From the NCBI RefSeq assembly GCF_009914755.1, contig NC_060931.1: DNA of 64,000 bases; one strand, given 5' to 3'. Source of the DNA: the human T2T-CHM13v2.0 reference genome, Homo sapiens. This document shows positions 58,811-64,000 of this stretch, piece by piece. The translations under genes and the position numbers were made by a program. The notes beneath the pieces are model-generated. The model did not search any database. It had not been told where the DNA came from and saw only the letters and a program-made list of their open reading frames with translations. The first letter of the stretch is position 1. Each line of letters starts with the position of its first letter.

Positions 58811-59292
58811 TCAAAAAAAAAAAAGAAAAAACAAAAAAAAAACAACAACCATGGTAGCTTCCTTCCCCCAGAGTGAGGGCTCCAAGAGGGAGAAAGTGGG
58901 AGAGAGGGTAAGCAAGATAAAAGCCACTCCATCTTTTTGTAATCTAAACTCAGAAATGAAAGCCCACCATTTTTGCCATATTTTGTTTATTAGAAGCACA
59001 TCACCAGGTCTAGCCCACACTAGGGAATATAGGGAAGGGAATAATCACTGGACATTATCTTGGGAGTTGCCTACCCTACCAGGATGCCATTTAAGGTGGT
59101 GCTTCTCAAACTAACCCTTTGAAGAATCAACTTTAAAAAAATTTTTTCAATTTGTTGCAAGTCAGCACTTTTGTCAAATAAAATAGAAATTCATTTCTAG
59201 AAAAATGAAATTACAAAGGCATTTAAAAAACCCAAAACCTCAGCTCATCTGTTGATGTTGTAATGATGTCAAATTGCTATAAAAATTTCTTT

Positions 59293-59420
59293 AGGCCAGG
59301 CATGGTGGCTCACACCTGTAATTGCAGCAGTTAGGGAGGCTGAGGCAGGAGGATCGCTTGAGCCCAGGAGTTCAAGACAGGCCTGGGCAACACAGCAAGA
59401 CTCCATCTCTACAAAAAAAA
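59293..59420 (+). mobile_element. FLAM monomer
   Basis: GGCCAGGCATGGTGGCTCAC...GCAAGACTCCATCTCTACAAAAAAAA. Confidence 0.85.
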
Positions 59421-60889
59421 ATTTTTTTTTCTTTAAATTCTCAATTCTATTACTTATCTCATTTGGATCAGAAGCAAATAGTTTACACATGAGCATCAGT
59501 TTCAGGTCAACCTTTGAGTAGCACTGATTTCAGGATTTTATGAATGCAGATGACTTTTCAAGGCTTTTACAAGACAATGGTTTGGACTTTTCACTTGGCT
59601 ATTCCTAGATGGAGGATTCTAGAAATAAACCTAAAGAGAAGTTTTTCCTTCTAATTTCATTCCATTCTCCCCATGCTCCTAAAAGTGGGACTTTTTATTG
59701 TGAGTAAAGTCAAGGGTATGTAGGATTGTCTCCTGGTTAACACTTTCCTGCAAGGTCTTTTAGGTACCCTTGTTCTTCCCACCAGTCAAGAGCCAGAGTT
59801 AAGCCATGCTTTTGAAGTGTATAGTCTGAAAGATATTTAACACTATGATTACCAATTCACATTGTAAAATGGTGAGGGGTTAGCCCACTTCCCAACAAAT
59901 GTTAGAAGTTTGTATGTGCTTCCTGTTCCCAGTCTATTCAGATTTCTCAAAATACATCTCAAGTGTAACCTCCTCAATTCAACTAATATTTTTTTTGAGC
60001 ATCAACTGTGTGTAAGATTCTGGAGGGCACCGCCTTGAAGAAGGCACCGCCTCTACTCTCAATAGTTTTAGAGCTCCCTATATAAACCTTGAAGTAATTT
60101 ACATCTAAGTATTTTGGCAATTGAGTACATTATTTCTCTTGTTTCTTAGTGTCTCACAAATTTTTATCTCATCTCCCTAGTAAAACCATAAGCTTACGGA
60201 AGGAAAGAACTCCGTTTCATATCCTTCATGCCTCCAGCACAGCCTCAGGCAGTTAGTAGGTTCTCAGTAAAAAGCTGAAGGCAGCATTTACTAAGCTGAG
60301 ACTCTAAATCCGCTGTTCAAAGACTAAATGCTGTGAACGGGGTCTTGATAACCTGGCAATCACCTTTCTTCATCCTCTTTGCCACCCCAACCCATCTTCC
60401 AAGGCTTAACACAGAGGAAGCAACTTTCCTCTGCTCCCCTGTTTCTGCTCCCCTGGTCCCCATTCTTTTCTCTTCTTACTACACTAGCCCAGGAGAGAGA
60501 TGAGAAAGCCAGGTGGAGGGAGGGGCCTTTTAAAACAAGTCTTGCTCAACTTTTTACACAACTGCCCATTCTCAGTTGGGCATCCCCTCCTGTCCCCTTT
60601 TCTTCCAAGGAAGGGAGCTAAGGTTAGTAAAACCTACCCTTGCAAGGCCCAGTGCTGGGTACTGTGCATGGACAAAGGTGAACCAAACAGGTTCCTTGTC
60701 CTCAAGAATTTACAATGGGCAAATCAGACCGATTCTCATCTACAACACAGAGTTGAATGGGCCAACTGTTACAATGTTGGCAAACGGAGAAATCACGGTG
60801 CAACAGATGGGGGAGAGATTAATGCCAACTGGTGAAAATTCAGAGGATGTAGCTTTGGAGCTAAGCCTTGAGGGTGAGTAACACAAACA

Positions 60890-61390
60890 ATGGGTAGCAG
60901 GGAGCACTTCCTACCCATGCAGTGCTGTGGTCGGTGGTTTACATGCATTATCTCATTTGGGGCTCACAAAAGGTCTGCTGGGGAGGTGCTATTATTAGTC
61001 TCATTTTACAGTGAGAAAACTGAGGCACAGAGAAAAGGAGAGATTTGTCCAAGGTCGCCCCTCAAGTGGAGGGGGGACTTGAACTCACTCAGGGTAACTG
61101 TAGAGCTGGTGCTGTCAACCCTCAAGGAAACAACGGATAAGGAGCAAAGGATACCGAGAGGAGGTCTAGCACTATGCAGAGCACGCCCAGAGAAGAGAGA
61201 GGGGTCTGTGAGGCTGGGACTGGGGTGTGCGGAGTGGTGGGATGACTGATCCCAATGGCAACGGTGGAATTTATATGTGAAACTCCGAACTTTACACGAA
61301 ATATTTCATCTGACCTCAACACATCCCTGTTTGACAGGCTCTATGATCCCCATTTTACAGATAGCGGAACTGAGACAGAGAGGTTACTCT
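60890..61390 (-). mobile_element. Two MIR fragments upstream of the promoter
   Basis: CATTTTACAGTGAGAAAACTGAGGCACAGAGA and CCCCATTTTACAGATAGCGGAACTGAGACAGAGAGGTTA. Confidence 0.75.
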
Positions 61391-61649
61391 TGCCCACTCT
61401 GCCCGCCAAGTGTCCTCACGTTGGGGTGGAAGCCCGTTGCAAGCTGCCAGGCCCCTCGTAGCTGCCCAGTCACTCTCCGCCCAGTCTACACATCCTGTCC
61501 CTTCCCACCCAGCTACCCACCACCTAGCCCTCCACCCCAACTCCCGCCCTTGGCTTTCAGCAAGGATGGCCCAGCTCACGGCCACAGGGTGGCAAGGGGC
61601 CACTTGGTGCCCAGAACAACTTCTGCTCCCAGAAAGCCTTGCGTTCCCC

Positions 61650-62710
61650 GGACATAAAGAGGCTTTGAGCTCGGGGAGCCCCGCCCCGTGCGGCCCCTCC
61701 CACGGGCGCGGGCCCCGGGCGGCAGGGGGCGTGTTCCTGTCGGCTGCGCCCGCGGCCGGGGGCGGAGCTTGGCCACCGCGCCGGGCTGCGGGCGGCTGGG
61801 CGAACGGGCTCGGCGCTCAGGTGGCTCCTTCTTCGCTTCTCCCGATCCCCGGCGGTGCCAGGCACGGTGCCGGCTGCCGAGGGAACGCCTTTGTGCCCGG
61901 TGCTGGGAACCCGCGACGGCCGCCACGCGCCCCGGTCCATTGTTTCGCTTATCTGGGTTCCAGGCAGGTGCGGGCGGCGCGCGGGGTCCGCACGTGTCAC
62001 CCCGGCGGCTGGGGCGCCGGGACCCGCGGGCGCCGGCAGGGGCGTTCCCGGGCGCGCGGCGGCGATGAAGCACCTGAAGCGGTGGTGGTCGGCCGGCGGC
62101 GGCCTCCTGCACCTCACCCTCCTGCTGAGCTTGGCGGGGCTCCGCGTAGACCTAGATCTTTACCTGCTGCTGCCGCCGCCCACCCTGCTGCAGGACGAGC
62201 TGCTGTTCCTGGGCGGCCCGGCCAGCTCCGCCTACGCGCTCAGCCCCTTCTCGGCCTCGGGAGGGTGGGGGCGCGCGGGCCACTTGCACCCCAAGGGCCG
62301 GGAGCTGGACCCTGCCGCGCCGCCCGAGGGCCAGCTGCTCCGGGAGGTGCGCGCGCTCGGGGTCCCCTTCGTCCCTCGCACCAGCGTGGATGCATGGCTG
62401 GTGCACAGCGTGGCTGCCGGGAGCGCGGACGAGGCCCACGGGCTGCTCGGCGCCGCCGCCGCCTCGTCCACCGGAGGAGCCGGCGCCAGCGTGGACGGCG
62501 GCAGCCAGGCTGTGCAGGGGGGCGGCGGGGACCCCCGAGCGGCTCGGAGTGGCCCCTTGGACGCCGGGGAAGAGGAGAAGGCACCCGCGGAACCGACGGC
62601 TCAGGTGCCGGACGCTGGCGGATGTGCGAGCGAGGTAGGTGCAGAGCGGGAAGCGAGCGAAGTGCGGCGTCTACGCCGCCGGGAGCCCCCGAGGCTTGTG
62701 TCGGATCTGA
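61650..62710 (+). promoter_or_regulatory. NFE2L3: CpG island / TATA-less promoter and 5'UTR of NFE2L3
   Basis: Very high GC and CpG density. GC boxes CCCCGCCCC (~61679) and GGGGGCGGAGC (~61758), E-box CACGTG at 61991, SOX-like CATTGTT at 61938. Confidence 0.9.
62065..62634 (+). CDS. NFE2L3: NFE2L3 (NRF3) coding exon 1, codons 1-190: N-terminal hydrophobic ER-targeting NHB1 segment and NHB2 motif
   Basis: ATG at 62065 in a GGCGGCGATG context. Translation MKHLKRWWSAGGGLLHLTLLLSLAGLRVDLDLYLL...QLLREVRALGVPFVPRTSVDAWLVH...DAGGCASE is the recognised NRF3 N-terminus. The 570 nt exon ends at a phase-0 donor GAG|GTAGGT (62635). Confidence 0.97.
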
Positions 62711-64000
62711 GCAGGGGCCACTCTCGCTGTGTCCTGGCACCCTTAGCCCCTGGTCTTTGCAGGTTCGCAGATGCTGCTGCTCTGATTCCGAATGAAGGGC
62801 TACTAGTGCTGTCGCTGTGGTTTTTAGGTGTTTAAGGAAGAAGTGGACGAAATCATCCGTTTGGTTATAGAGAATACCTTTCCTTGTGTGTGATGGCTGG
62901 CAAGAGTAGTTCGGGGATGGGGAGGGGAGAAGCAATGCCCACTGTCTTCGCTCAGTACCTCATGTACACTGGGGTGTCGTTCTCTGGGACCCGTGCCCGA
63001 CCTGGACGATGTGAAGGAGGCCGTGACCTCTGGGAGGATGCATGTTTTTAAGAACGACTCTCCCGGCCTAACGCAAGGACCTTCGCCCTGTTTTCAGCCC
63101 AATTGCTGTTCGTTTTTGCTGCTTCCCTGGATTAAGGAGCCATGGTCAGGGTCTATTCAGAGGCCAGCCGGCAGGCGGTCCCCCTGTGACCTAACCATCC
63201 CCTGCACCTAGCAATCCTCCTTCCTGGAATTTGTGTAACCTCTTATTAGCATAACGAAAACAGGTACCTTGGCAGTCACTTAGTGACTAACAAGTTCCCT
63301 TTGGTTTATGGGTCCAAACCCTTCTCTGGCTTAACTTCTTTCTGAAACCAAGTTTACCAAGATCTGTTGCTTGAAACATCTGGTGCTCCCCATGGAACGT
63401 TTGAGTTCAGTCTAATGACACTTTAACACCAGTTTCCACAAAACCACTTTACCCAAAGTTCCTTCCAGGGGACTTTTAAAATTCTGTCTTGGCTCAAACT
63501 TTAGTGTTTGCAACTGGTAACGATCAACCAGTGGTGATCAACTAATGTTCTTCGGGTGTTGTTTTTGTGGGGCGCATTCTTATGCAAAATGGGAATTGGG
63601 GCTAAACTGGTTTGTTTGTTGCTCTTCAGAATTGCCGTTTGTGTAGGCTGTTGCCAGACAAGCTTCTCCACCCTCCTGGAGGGGTCATTGTGTGGAAGTG
63701 CTCGGTGATTCACTGTTATGCTGATCTGAGCCCTTCCTCTTCCTGGGGACCGGAACCAATGGGGTGGGGGCCAGTGAGAGTCTTGGAGGGATCCTTCTGT
63801 GTTCAGGATATACTGTGGGAGGTTCTTCCCCACTCACTCATCCAATCTGGACCCCATGGGGTCTGTCTCACCTAAATGCTCTGCCCTCTAATAAGTGAGT
63901 ACTTGTGCACTACCACCATTCCTGGTTCTGTAACACAGAGTTGAAACCTAGTGCTGGATGCTGTACCAGATGGCACTCTGCCACCCACACCCGAATGCCA
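62635..64000 (+). other. NFE2L3: NFE2L3 intron 1 (5' part)
   Basis: Begins at the GTAGGT donor; no further recognisable NRF3 coding sequence in the window. Confidence 0.85.

Noticed and set aside
61410-62795. 461-aa + strand ORF and several antisense ORFs over the CpG island
   Set aside because: Low-complexity Gly/Arg/Pro/Ala shadow frames expected from extreme GC content; the real CDS is in another frame.

Overview
Primate (almost certainly human) genomic DNA. About 61.5 kb is repeat-dense intergenic sequence, followed by the CpG-island promoter, coding exon 1 and start of intron 1 of NFE2L3 (NRF3, CNC-bZIP factor) on the + strand. NFE2L3 exon 1 is the only well-supported gene feature. The rest is mobile DNA: dozens of Alus, L1M/L2/MIR fragments, MaLR and ERV1 solo LTRs, a 5'-deleted HERV-L provirus with an MLT2A 3' LTR, a near full-length Alu-interrupted Hsmar2 mariner, an older mariner relic, and a full-length SVA nested in an Alu inside a MaLR LTR about 3.4 kb upstream of the NFE2L3 ATG. 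I found no convincing new biological system. The best leads are: a sense-oriented MLT2A LTR with a DUX-type motif, a splice donor and a broken polyA signal; a hand-assembled 7-exon in-frame GT-AG chain; the promoter-proximal SVA with an atypical junction; mirror-image Alu insertions in both Hsmar2 TIRs; and rearranged Alus. Repeat subfamily names and boundaries come from pattern recognition, not a database search.
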